A stretch of 64,000 bases of DNA from Macrostomum hystrix (lineage: Eukaryota; Animalia; Platyhelminthes): positions 11,904,001 through 11,968,000 of the forward strand of contig CATNEN010000038.1 of assembly GCA_950097015.1 (NCBI GenBank), written 5' to 3'. The translations under genes were made by a program, and so were the position numbers. The notes under the pieces were generated by a model. That model was given only the letters and a program-made list of their open reading frames with translations. It was not told the origin of the DNA and made no database searches. Below are positions 13,601 to 26,560 of this stretch, in pieces. Each line of letters opens with the position of its first letter. The first letter of the stretch is position 1.

Positions 13601-16600
13601 CAAAATCTGGTTTAGCCATGATTCAATCTCTGGTTTAGCCATGATTCAAACTCTGGTTTAGCCATGATTCAAACTCTGGTTTAGCCATGATTCAGACTCT
13701 GGTTTAGCCATGATTCAAACTCTGGTTTAGCCATGATTCAAACTCTGGTTTAGCCATGATTCAGACGCTGGTTTAGCCATGATTGAAACTCTGGTTTAGC
13801 CATGATTCAGACTCTGGTTTAGCCATGATTCAGACGCTGGTTTAGCCATGATTGAAACTCTGGTTTTGCCATGATTCAGACTCTGGGTTAGCCATGATTC
13901 AAACTCAGGTTTAGCCATGATTCAAACTCTGGATTAGCCATGATTCAAACTCTGTTTTAGCTACGATTGAAATTCTGGTTTGGCCATGATTCAAAATCTG
14001 GTTTAGCCATGATTCAATCTCTGGTTTAGCCATGATTCAAACTCTGGTTTAGCCATGATTCAAACTCTGGTTTAGCCATGATTCAGACTCTGGTTTAGCC
14101 ATGATTCAAACTCTGGTTTAGCCATGATTCAAACTCTGGTTTACCATGATTCAGACGCTGGTTTAGCCATGATTGAAACTCTGGTTTTGCCATGATTCAG
14201 ACTCTGGTTTAGCCATGATTCAGACTCTGGTTTAGCCATGATTCAGACTCTGGTTTAGCCATGATTCAAACTCTGGTTTAGCCATGATTCAAACTCTGGT
14301 TTAGCCATGATTCAGACTCTGGTTTAGCCATGATTCAAACTCTGGTTTAGCCATGATTCAGACTCTGGTTTAGCCATGATTCAGACTCTGGTTTAGCCAT
14401 GATTCAGACTCTGGTTTAGCCATGATTCAGACTCTGGTTTAGCCATGATTCAAACTCTGGTTTAGCCATGATTCAAACTCTGGTTTAGCCATGATTCAGA
14501 CTCTGGTTTAGCCATGATTCAAACTCTGGTTTAGCCATGATTCAGACTCTGGTTTAGCCATGATTCAGACTCTGGTTTAGCCATGATTCAAACTCTGGTT
14601 TAGCCATGATTCAAACTCTGGTTTAGCCATGATTCAAACTCTGGTTTAGCCATGATTCAAACGCTGGGTTAGCCATGATTCAAACGCTGGGTTAGCCATG
14701 ATTCAAACGCTGGGTTAGCCATGATTCACACCCTGGTTTAGCCATGATTCAAACGCTGGGTTAGCCATGATTCAAACGCTGGGTTAGCCATGATTCACAC
14801 CCTGGTTTAGCCATGATTCAAACGCTGGGTTAGCCATGATTCAAACGCTGGGTTAGCCATGATTCAAACGCTGGGTTAGACATGATTCAAACGCTGGGTT
14901 AGCCATGATTCAAACGCTGGGTTAGCCATGATTCAAACTCAGGTTTAGCCATGATTCAAACTCTGGATTAGCCATGATTCAAACTCTGTTTTAGCTACGA
15001 TTGAAATTCTGGTTTGGCCATGATTCAAAATCTGGTTTAGCCATGATTCAATCTCTGGTTTAGCCATGATTCAAACTCTGGTTTAGCCATGATTCAAACT
15101 CTGGTTTAGCCATGATTCAGACGCTGGTTTAGCCATGATTGAAACTCTGGTTTTGCCATGATTCAGACTCTGGTTTAGCCATGATTCAGACGCTGGTTTA
15201 GCCATGATTGAAACTCTGGTTTTGCCATGATTCAGACTCTGGGTTAGCCATGATTCAAACTCAGGTTTAGCCATGATTCAAACTCTGGATTAGCCATGAT
15301 TCAAACTCTGTTTTAGCTACGATTGAAATTCTGGTTTGGCCATGATTCAAAATCTGGTTTAGCCATGATTCAATCTCTGGTTTAGCCATGATTCAAACTC
15401 TGGTTTAGCCATGATTCAAACTCTGGTTTAGCCATGATTCAGACTCTGGTTTAGCCATGATTCAAACTCTGGTTTAGCCATGATTGAAACTCTGGTTTTG
15501 CCATGATTCAGACTCTGGTTTAGCCATGATTCAGACTCTGGTTTAGCCATGATTCAGACTCTGGTTTAGCCATGATTCAAACTCTGGTTTAGCCATGATT
15601 CAAACTCTGGTTTAGCCATGATTCAGACTCTGGTTTAGCCATGATTCAAACTCTGGTTTAGCCATGATTCAGACTCTGGTTTAGCCATGATTCAAACTCT
15701 GGTTTAGCCATGATTCAAACGCTGGGTTAGCCATGATTCAAACGCTGGGTTAGCCATGATTCAAACGCTGGGTTAGCCATGATTCACACCCTGGTTTAGC
15801 CATGATTCAAACGCTGGGTTAGCCATGATTCAAACGCTGGGTTAGCCATGATTCACACCCTGGTTTAGCCATGATTCAAACGCTGGGTTAGCCATGATTC
15901 AAACGCTGGGTTAGCCATGATTCAAACGCTGGGTTAGCCATGATTCAAACGCTGGGTTAGACATGATTCAAACGCTGGGTTAGCCATGATTCAAACGCTG
16001 GGTTAGCCATGATTCAAACTCAGGTTTAGCCATGATTCAAACTCTGGATTAGCCATGATTCAAACTCTGTTTTAGCTACGATTGAAATTCTGGTTTGGCC
16101 ATGATTCAAAATCTGGTTTAGCCATGATTCAAACTCTGGTTTAGCCATGATTCAAACTCTGGTTTAGCCATGATTCAGACTCTGGTTTAGCCATGATTCA
16201 AACTCTGGATTAGCCATGATTCAAACTCTGTTTTAGCTACGATTGAAATTCTGGTTTGGCCATGATTCAAAATCTGGTTTAGCCATGATTCAATCTCTGG
16301 TTTAGCCATGATTCAAACTCTGGTTTAGCCATGATTCAAACTCTGGTTTAGCCATGATTCAGACTCTGGTTTAGCCATGATTCAAACTCTGGTTTAGCCA
16401 TGATTCAAACTCTGGTTTACCATGATTCAGACGCTGGTTTAGCCATGATTGAAACTCTGGTTTTGCCATGATTCAGACTCTGGTTTAGCCATGATTCAGA
16501 CTCTGGTTTAGCCATGATTCAGACTCTGGTTTAGCCATGATTCAAACTCTGGTTTAGCCATGATTCAAACTCTGGTTTAGCCATGATTCAGACTCTGGTT

Positions 16601-19600
16601 TAGCCATGATTCAAACTCTGGTTTAGCCATGATTCAGACTCTGGTTTAGCCATGATTCAAACTCTGGTTTAGCCATGATTCAAACTCTGGTTTAGCCATG
16701 ATTCAATCTCTGGTTTAGCCATGATTCAAACTCTGGTTTAGCCATGATTCAAACTCTGGTTTAGCCATGATTCAGACTCTGGTTTAGCCATGATTCAAAC
16801 TCTGGTTTAGCCATGATTCAAACTCTGGTTTACCATGATTCAGACGCTGGTTTAGCCATGATTGAAACTCTGGTTTTGCCATGATTCAGACTCTGGTTTA
16901 GCCATGATTCAGACTCTGGTTTAGCCATGATTCAGACTCTGGTTTAGCCATGATTCAAACTCTGGTTTAGCCATGATTCAAACTCTGGTTTAGCCATGAT
17001 TCAGACTCTGGTTTAGCCATGATTCAAACTCTGGTTTAGCCATGATTCAGACTCTGGTTTAGCCATGATTCAAACTCTGGTTTAGCCATGATTCAAACGC
17101 TGGGTTAGCCATGATTCAAACGCTGGGTTAGCCATGATTCAAACGCTGGGTTAGCCATGATTCACACCCTGGTTTAGCCATGATTCAAACGCTGGGTTAG
17201 CCATGATTCAAACGCTGGGTTAGCCATGATTCACACCCTGGTTTAGCCATGATTCAAACGCTGGGTTAGCCATGATTCAAACGCTGGGTTAGCCATGATT
17301 CAGACTCTGGTTTAGCCATGATTCAGACTCTGGTTTAGCCATGATTCAGACTCTGGTTTAGCCATGATTCAAACTCTGGTTTAGCCATGATTCAAACTCT
17401 GGTTTAGCCATGATTCAGACTCTGGTTTAGCCATGATTCAAACTCTGGTTTAGCCATGATTCAGACTCTGGTTTAGCCATGATTCAGACTCTGGTTTAGC
17501 CATGATTCAAACTCTGGTTTAGCCATGATTCAAACTCTGGTTTAGCCATGATTCAAACTCTGGTTTAGCCATGATTCAAACGCTGGGTTAGCCATGATTC
17601 AAACTCTGGGTTAGCCATGATTCACACCCTGGTTTAGCCATGATTCAAACGCTGGGTTAGCCATGATTCACACCCTGGTTTAGCCATGATTCAAACGCTG
17701 GGTTAGCCATGATTCAAACGCTGGGTTAGCCATGATTCAAACGCTGGGTTAGCCATGATTCAAAATCTGGTTTAGCCATGATTCAATCTCTGGTTTAGCC
17801 ATGATTCAAACTCTGGTTTAGCCATGATTCAAACTCTGGTTTAGCCATGATTCAGACTCTGGTTTAGCCATGATTCAAACTCTGGTTTAGCCATGATTCA
17901 AACTCTGGTTTAGCCATGATTCAGACGCTGGTTTAGCCATGATTGAAACTCTGGTTTAGCCATGATTCAGACTCTGGTTTAGCCATGATTCAGACGCTGG
18001 TTTAGCCATGATTGAAACTCTGGTTTTGCCATGATTCAGACTCTGGGTTAGCCATGATTCAAACTCAGGTTTAGCCATGATTCAAACTCTGGATTAGCCA
18101 TGATTCAAACTCTGTTTTAGCTACGATTGAAATTCTGGTTTGGCCATGATTCAAAATCTGGTTTAGCCATGATTCAATCTCTGGTTTAGCCATGATTCAA
18201 ACTCTGGTTTAGCCATGATTCAAACTCTGGTTTAGCCATGATTCAGACTCTGGTTTAGCCATGATTCAAACTCTGGTTTAGCCATGATTCAAACTCTGGT
18301 TTACCATGATTCAGACGCTGGTTTAGCCATGATTGAAACTCTGGTTTTGCCATGATTCAGACTCTGGTTTAGCCATGATTCAGACTCTGGTTTAGCCATG
18401 ATTCAGACTCTGGTTTAGCCATGATTCAAACTCTGGTTTAGCCATGATTCAAACTCTGGTTTAGCCATGATTCAGACTCTGGTTTAGCCATGATTCAAAC
18501 TCTGGTTTAGCCATGATTCAGACTCTGGTTTAGCCATGATTCAGACTCTGGTTTAGCCATGATTCAAACTCTGGTTTAGCCATGATTCAAACTCTGGTTT
18601 AGCCATGATTCAAACTCTGGTTTAGCCATGATTCAAACGCTGGGTTAGCCATGATTCAAACGCTGGGTTAGCCATGATTCAAACGCTGGGTTAGCCATGA
18701 TTCACACCCTGGTTTAGCCATGATTCAAACGCTGGGTTAGCCATGATTCAAACGCTGGGTTAGCCATGATTCACACCCTGGTTTAGCCATGATTCAAACG
18801 CTGGGTTAGCCATGATTCAAACGCTGGGTTAGCCATGATTCAAACGCTGGGTTAGACATGATTCAAACGCTGGGTTAGCCATGATTCAAACGCTGGGTTA
18901 GCCATGATTCAAACTCAGGTTTAGCCATGATTCAAACTCTGGATTAGCCATGATTCAAACTCTGTTTTAGCTACGATTGAAATTCTGGTTTGGCCATGAT
19001 TCAAAATCTGGTTTAGCCATGATTCAATCTCTGGTTTAGCCATGATTCAAACTCTGGTTTAGCCATGATTCAAACTCTGGTTTAGCCATGATTCAGACGC
19101 TGGTTTAGCCATGATTGAAACTCTGGTTTTGCCATGATTCAGACTCTGGTTTAGCCATGATTCAGACGCTGGTTTAGCCATGATTGAAACTCTGGTTTTG
19201 CCATGATTCAGACTCTGGGTTAGCCATGATTCAAACTCAGGTTTAGCCATGATTCAAACTCTGGATTAGCCATGATTCAAACTCTGTTTTAGCTACGATT
19301 GAAATTCTGGTTTGGCCATGATTCAAAATCTGGTTTAGCCATGATTCAATCTCTGGTTTAGCCATGATTCAAACTCTGGTTTAGCCATGATTCAAACTCT
19401 GGTTTAGCCATGATTCAGACTCTGGTTTAGCCATGATTCAAACTCTGGTTTAGCCATGATTCAAACTCTGGTTTAGCCATGATTCAGACGCTGGTTTAGC
19501 CATGATTGAAACTCTGGTTTTGCCATGATTCAGACTCTGGTTTAGCCATGATTGAAACTCTGGTTTTGCCATGATTCAGACTCTGGTTTAGCCATGATTC

Positions 19601-20158
19601 AGACTCTGGTTTAGCCATGATTCAAACTCTGGTTTTGCCATGATTCAGACTCTGGTTTAGCCATGATTCAGACTCTGGTTTAGCCATGATTCAGACTCTG
19701 GTTTAGCCATGATTCAAACTCTGGTTTAGCCATGATTCAAACTCTGGTTTAGCCATGATTCAGACTCTGGTTTAGCCATGATTCAAACTCTGGTTTAGCC
19801 ATGATTCAGACTCTGGTTTAGCCATGATTCAGACTCTGGTTTAGCCATGATTCAGACTCTGGTTTAGCCATGATTCAAACTCTGGTTTAGCCATGATTCA
19901 AACTCTGGTTTAGCCATGATTCAAACTCTGGTTTAGCCATGGTTCAAACTCTGGTTTAGCCATGACTCAGACTCTGGTTTAGCCATGATTCAGACTCCAG
20001 TTTAGCCATGATTCAAACTCTCGTTTAGCCATGATTGAATCTCTGGTTTAGCCATGATTTAAGCTCTGGTTTAGCTATGATTCTAACGCTAGGTTAGCCA
20101 TGATTCAAACTCTGGTTTAGCCATGATTCTAACGCTGGGTTAGCCATGATTTAAACTC
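4650..20158. repeat. 15.5-kb satellite array of the 23-bp monomer (~670 units) with higher-order repeats
   Basis: Continuous tandem 23-mers. The diagnostic variant CTACGATTGAAATTCTGG recurs at 5090/5573/6056 (483 bp = 21 units) and at 7940/11916/16076 (3976 and 4160 bp). Confidence 0.98.
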
Positions 20159-20466
20159 TGACAATGATCCCCCAGTTGACAATGATCCCCAAGTTGACAA
20201 TGTTCCCCAAGTTGACAATGATCCCCCCAGTTGACAATGATCCCCAAGTTGACAATGATCCCCCCAGTTGACAATGTTTCCCAGTTGACAATGATTCCCC
20301 AGTTGACAATGTTCCCCAAGTTGACAATGATCCCCCAGTTGACAATGATCCCGCAGTTGAAAATGATCTCCCAGTTGACAATGAACCCCCATTTGATGAT
20401 GATCCCCCAGTTTACAATGATCCCACAGTTGACAATCATCCCCCAGTTGACGATTATCCCGCAGTG
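20159..20466. repeat. 18-bp minisatellite, third block (near copy of 4159-4446)
   Basis: Same monomer and same rare variants (GAAAATGATCTCCC, GAACCCCCATTTG) as the second block. Confidence 0.95.
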
Positions 20467-21675
20467 GTAGTCTTCCTAATTCGGACCGAGCACCATTGCT
20501 GTCAGTGTTTCGACTAAATTGCAGAATCGACTTGATCGAAATGATTACGAAAACGTTGGTCTATGGTTTTGCCGAGAGATATTTTAAAGTACTCTCTTTT
20601 AGACTGCGACTCCCTTTTACTTGCCTTACAGTGACAGTCAAAAAATCTTTTGTCAACCTGAAATTTTACCATTGCCAAATAGCTTTTTCAGCATGCATCG
20701 TCGCGTTTCGTATTTTGACGTCCTATCTGGCGAGTCACACTGAAAGAGGAAAAATTGCTACAAAATTTGAGGATATTGGCAATGTTTCAAATGATGCAAT
20801 CTGATTCAACAGCTTTTCATTGCGTCCTGCTATGGCTGCCTTGCAGCAGACAGTGAAACATTGTGTGATCTATTCAAAGGAAGCAAACATCAAACCATTG
20901 TCAAATATCTCGTAGTCGTCTCCATCGATAAGCGCTCATGTTTGCTGGTGCCATTGTGTGTAGACTTGAAAGACTTATCAGCATGAGAAGTATAGTATAG
21001 GTATTCAACCGTGTGGTGAATGGAAGAATATTTGTATAGTTTTATGAAAGTTTGCTCTGAACGCTGAATGCAAAAGTTTTTGCCAAAGTATTTGAGCTCT
21101 TCGGATTTTCAGCAGGTGAAAAAAGTAAAAGACGAATGCCTTTTTAATTCGTCTTTTCTGCAACACTTTAATTTCTGCATTATACTCGTTTCATCGGATA
21201 GAGCAGAAAATTGTAGCCTATGCACTCGATTTTCATGGTGATTGGTTGAATAGTTCGAGAAAAGAATAAATTGAAATGTAAAATATAAATACAGTGCTCC
21301 GTTGTTCCAATCGTAAAATGGAATTTTGTAATTCGCACATGTTAGAGCTTCTCATTTAACGTTATACCCAACTTTGCTCATTACTATTGCAGAATCTCAT
21401 GCATACACTATTTCAATGACATGACACGTCGCGTACTTTTTAAAAATACATCTTTTAAAGAACGAAAACAGATTTATCCCTCCGCCTTGGATCGCAGTGT
21501 ATATAGCATTATAGTTTCACGTCAAATGTCTGTTCGCCCTTTCGATGAAACTCACGAAGATACACATAATTCACTGCTTAACCCTCTCAAACCCAGTGGC
21601 TGCAAAGCGGCCATCAGTTATCATTTTAAAAGCTTATTGTCATTCTGTCGTCTAGCTATGGCCATTCTCTACATT

Positions 21676-22436
21676 CTGTTTCTACATTCTCTTTTGATGC
21701 CGTATTTATAGACACTCTCTTTAAAGTATCTTTTTCTTTATCAGGAAAGTCCTGAACTATTTTTGTTCGCATGAAAATTAGCGTTAGAATTGGATTTTTC
21801 CAAAATGCATTGTTGTGTTTCGGAATTCAATCTTGTTAATTTGTCATGCAAATTTTATTGGTCCTTCTTAATTGTTTTTTAATTTCGCAGTGTTTTTTAG
21901 CCACTACTTAATCAACTAGCCCGTAGTTATGCGCCTCAATTTGCATATCCTCTTCGTTGGCTAACTACCGAACCCCCTTAAAAGTTGGCAGATTCCACGA
22001 AAGTTGGCCAACTATCCCCCCAAAGCAGTCGATTTCCCCCAAAGCTGCATGTTTTCTCAAAATGCTTCAATCTCATCTCAATACTTCATCAAATGTGAAT
22101 GCAACAGTTTGAAAATGGAAGTCAAACAGCAGCTGCATCGAGTTTTCAGTCCTGTTTGCTGCTGCCTGTCGGAATTCTCCTTTGACGGTTCCCTGCCTTG
22201 CGATGGCCTCTGTCCCGATCAGCGCAAACAGAAGGCAATCACGCAGGCAACGCATTGTCAGTGTCAGGGCAAAAAATGTTGTATTGCTTTACAATTGCTC
22301 TAGATGAGACACGCCAAGGCTTGCAAAGAAAGTTCTTATAACTTTTGACAGCTCATATTTCGCAGATGAAGTTTTATTCGTTTTCTAACGCTAGGGCCAC
22401 AATAACTGAAGGATATTTGGGGCGAAGCACAATAGC
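21676..22436 (+). repeat. ~760-bp direct repeat, copy 1
   Basis: Near-identical to 27652-28427; both give the same ...MEVKQQLHRVFSPV... pseudo-ORF. Confidence 0.93.
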
Positions 22437-22889
22437 AGAGACCGCTCAATTGTCTCTATGCAGTCGCACTCTCGACAACAGGCTACCATTGTCCCCCTGC
22501 AAACAACCTGCACTGTGCCCACCAGCAGGCTATCCGAGAAATGAGACCGAGGAGAAATTTTTCCTGTCGTTGATTTTATTGCTGAAAAAAAGTTATCTCT
22601 TCGCTTTTCAGCTGTACCATTGCATAATCCAAAACAATGATTATCAGAATGCCTCAAGAGCAGACGCGAAGAGCTCTGCGAGTCTTCAACACGCGCGGCA
22701 GTTTCGCCAAGCGTTGGCTGTCGCACTTGGAGAGTCTGCAAGCACCGTCAACTATTTCGTAATCAGCGCGGCACAACCCGTAGTCCCCCGGTCTGCGCAA
22801 ATATCAGGACGCAAGGCGGACATTCGAGAGGCTGCGATGGACCGGGCCACCGACGGCCGAGGCCGAGAAAACCCTGTCGGACGTCTACA

Positions 22890-23140
22890 CCAGGACGTCT
22901 ACCACGATGTCTGGACACTGCGCATGCAGCGATGCTGTGTGCGGTGTTCACGATGCGCAGCGGCCCGGGCAGGGAGGCCCGCTGACCTGAGCCGCTGCTC
23001 CTGCTCAAACGAGGCCAATTACGAACGGCGAGATTTCTTGACCGGCTTTTGAGTGATGCTGGCGCCGCGGACAAAGCTTGCGGGTGTGACTTTATGAAGT
23101 CGTTGGCCCAGAGACGCGATCTCTGACTCCTCCCCCCTTT
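22890..23140 (+). mobile_element. Degenerate RTE LINE 3' end
   Basis: RCLDTAHAAMLCAVF and KRGQLRTARFLDRLLSDAGAADKACGCDFMKSLAQRRDL* (stop 23124-23126) align to the C-terminus of the 23785-25239 ORF. Confidence 0.7.
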
Positions 23141-23835
23141 CTGGGCACGGCGTGGCTGGCTTGAGCAGTTATTTGTTTTAATGGCCTAAATACCAGTCGT
23201 AAAAAACGGGGCCCCTGCCTCGTTAGGTTTTAGTTACGGAGTCTAGGACCGGAAGGGGTGATGGCTGAACTACTCCAAGTAGTCCCTACCCCGAAAACTC
23301 ACAATAAGACTTTCGTCAATCGTACCAAAACTCAGCTATCAAACATTACTAGGGCTGGCTATACATAACATAACATTACTTATGGTAAGAAACACTTAGC
23401 TATGAAGCTGCTAAGTTTTTGCAGCAAGAAAAAATGGGTATCTAAGCAAAAGAAACAATCATTGAACCACAGACGAGTGTGTCGTTGTCTCCTGTTAAAA
23501 CGCTTATGTTTGATGGTGTCATTTTGTTTGCAGTCATGAAAATCTTATCAGCATGAGACTTATCGACTTTGGGATTGTCAGCTGTCACGTAAATTAAGCA
23601 ATATGTTTTGCAGAGATTAAAACATTTTTGTCCATAATTTAGAACTGTTAGAATACGTATTTAAACAACTTAAAAGAATAAGGGAATTTGTGAGTCACTT
23701 ATTTGTTCTCTTTTTTGGTCTGAGAATTCGCTAAACTATCTTTTGTAAGTAGTATTCGACCCGATCGCTATAGAAACAGACTCAGTGGCAAATGCGAGAT
23801 GCCCCGCTCGAATTCTTTGTCCAATTTCACAACGA

Positions 23836-25365
23836 GTAATTGTGATGAACCGTGTGATGAACCGCGTGCTTGACGGGGGTGCAGCCCCAACTGAGTGGAC
23901 GACGGCCCACATGATCCCCATCCCAAAGAAGCCCGGTACAACTCGGAAAGAAGAACATAGGGGCATCTCGCTGATGTCTTGCGCCGCGAAGCTCTTCAAC
24001 ACGATCCTGCTGATGCGGCTGCAACCGGTGCTGGACCCGTTTCTACGGCACGAGCAGAACGGCTTCAGGCCACACCGGGGCACAGCGACCCAGATCCTTG
24101 CCCTGAGGAGGATAATAGAGGAGGCACGCACCCGCCAGGCGATGCTGATCTGTGTCTTCGTTGACTTCAGAAAGGCGTTCGACTCGGTGGCTCGCGGCGC
24201 CATTGTAATGGTGCTCCGGGCTTACCACGTGCCCCAGCGCCTGGTCAGCGCAGTCATGGCGCTCTACCAGGACACTCAAGCTGCTGTGGTGACGCCCGAC
24301 GGGCTATCGGACCCTTTCAGTACAACATCTGGAGTGCTGCAGGGCGACACGCTAGCGCCCTTCTTGTTCGTGCTGGTCCTCGACTGGGTGCTGCGGACTG
24401 CGCTTCCATCCGACGCCGACGGCTTCATGCTGTGCAGGCGCACGAGCAGCCGCCATCCAGAGAAGAGACTGTCGCTGCTGGGCTACGCTGACGACCTGGC
24501 GCTGCTGGCCTCTACGGCGGATGGAGCCCAACGGATGCTGGACAGATTGGTGTCGGTAGCGGCTACGGTCGGCCTGGTTGTTAACACCGACAAGACGGAG
24601 GTCTTGACGGTGCCAGCGAAGCTGCCTGCCAATGTCACCTGCCGCGGCGCAAACGGTCACGCGGCCCCTCTACCCCGCTGCACGCGTTTCACGTACCTCG
24701 GCGTGCTGGTACCCAGCGTTCAGGAGGACCTGGCGCGACGCAGAGGCCTGGCTTGGGCGGCCTTCCGCTCAGTCCGGGTTGTTCTGCAGAGCGCCGTGCT
24801 GCCAGATCGCCTGAGGTCTCGGCTGTTTCAGGCGGTGGTCGAGACCGTCCTGACCTACAACGCCGAGACGTGGACGCTGACCGAGACGCTGGAGAAGCGG
24901 CTGGACGCGACCCACTCCAGCCTGTTGCGCGCGGCCTTCGGCATCTCCTACCCCGAGGTCGTCTCGAACGCGGCCCTCTATCGACGAGCCGGTCTGCGAC
25001 CACCCAGCGAGACCATCCGGCGGCGGCGGCTGCAGCTGGCGGGCCACGTGATTCGCGCGGAAGCCTACTGCCCTGAACCGGTGCAGGACGTCCTGCTGCT
25101 CACGCTGCGGGGCCCCTGGCGCCGGGGGCAGGCCAGGACGCGCCGTTACATGGACTGCCTGCTTGCTGATGCCGGTGTCATCGACCGGAACAACGCTGCG
25201 GCTGCCTTCAGGGAGCGAGCCATGAGGAGGGTGCTCTGACACTGCCGCCATGCTCTCACTTTTCCCCTTTCTTTCCCCATTTTTCTCTTTCGCCCCATGC
25301 TCCCCCCTTTTTCTTTGCCTTCTTCTGTGGCAGTGTAAATGTATGTAATGTAATACGAGTAAGTA
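23836..25365 (+). mobile_element. 5'-truncated RTE-clade non-LTR retrotransposon with intact RT domain (ORF 23785-25239)
   Basis: IPIPKKPG, HRGISL, EQNGFRPHRGT, FVDFRKAFDSV, GVLQGDTLAPFLF, LGYADDLAL (YADD 24484-24495), FTYLG and RTE-type C-terminus LTYNAETW..LQLAGHVIR. No endonuclease domain. Pyrimidine-rich 3' UTR. Confidence 0.95.
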
Positions 25366-26560
25366 GTGATAGTCAGACGCTTCGCCTTTGGCCTTCTGGT
25401 CGCAGAAGGACCCAAGAATTGCACTCCATCTCTTCGTTTAATGATGAGCTCACCACAATGCTCACATTGGTGACATGGGAAATTGTAGCCAAATGGTTAG
25501 AGCTTAGTACTTCTGATAGACTGGTCTGGAAACAAAATTTCCCATTGCTTCAGCAGCGCTAGGTGGCAGAAATTAGTTTCTGAGTTCATTCATTCAATGG
25601 GCAGAAGTCCATTGACTGAAAAGCAAGCTGTGCGCGGCCTTTTCGGCTACCTGTTGTTGAGAGTAACCAGAGAACAACCCCGCCAAGTCAAGAAACGCTG
25701 TGTTGGGTGGCCGTGCAGAGGCAATGTCCGAGGTGACGCTGCATTGGCATCAGATATTGTGCGCCCCCGTGCTGCAGTGTACAGAGTACCACGGAGTGAC
25801 ACCCGTCAGAAAATATTCGTCAAACCTGTTTGAGTAAAAAATCGTCCAATCGGAAATACTATTGAAGCCTATTTAGAGCGCGTAATTTCATGGTATAAAA
25901 TAGCTAGATAAATGCGAAAAAGTAGAAGTCGTTTAGGGGACAGGCAGGTGAGCATCTGCAGTGGCAGATACGTCAAAATTCAAGCTATACAGCTTTCCAA
26001 AGCTAGAATCTCCATGCCCTCCTGAGTGCCAGTGTTAGAAAGAAAACAACTTCTATGCAAAACAAAGAGGATAAAAAAGCTTCTAAAATCGAAAAAATTA
26101 AAACGTCAATATTTCAGTGGAAGCATCGGAGTGCATTAGTTTTTTTGCTTCTTAAGCTACGAGAATTGTCAGCTAAAAGCTCAGCCGCCGCATATGCGTT
26201 TCTACAAACAAACAGCAATGCGCTGTTATAACTGTCTTCGACGCAATACTTTTGACTGTCAGTTGATAACTGTCCATAATCGCTGATCGATCAGATGATA
26301 TCCGCACCTGTTGCAGTTTGCTGGGAAGAGGAAGTTTGACGGATGTTAGCTAAGACAGCGAAAAAAACCTTATAAATCTGCTAACTGTTAAACCTTAGGA
26401 GATAACGTGTCTCCTGCTAAGCTGGCAGGCTATGATTGGATAACGCTTCTGAGTGCTACTGACGGCAAGACTACGTATTTAAGTCGTCGCAGCGATAAAA
26501 CAACTATTTTGTGACTTAAGGAACAAAAAAAAACAGAAGAATTCTAATACATAGACAAAA

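Noticed and set aside
4650-20158. CRISPR-like look of a constant GCCATGATT core with variable intervening bases
   Set aside because: The variable parts are point variants of one monomer, not unique spacers; there are no cas genes and the context is eukaryotic.
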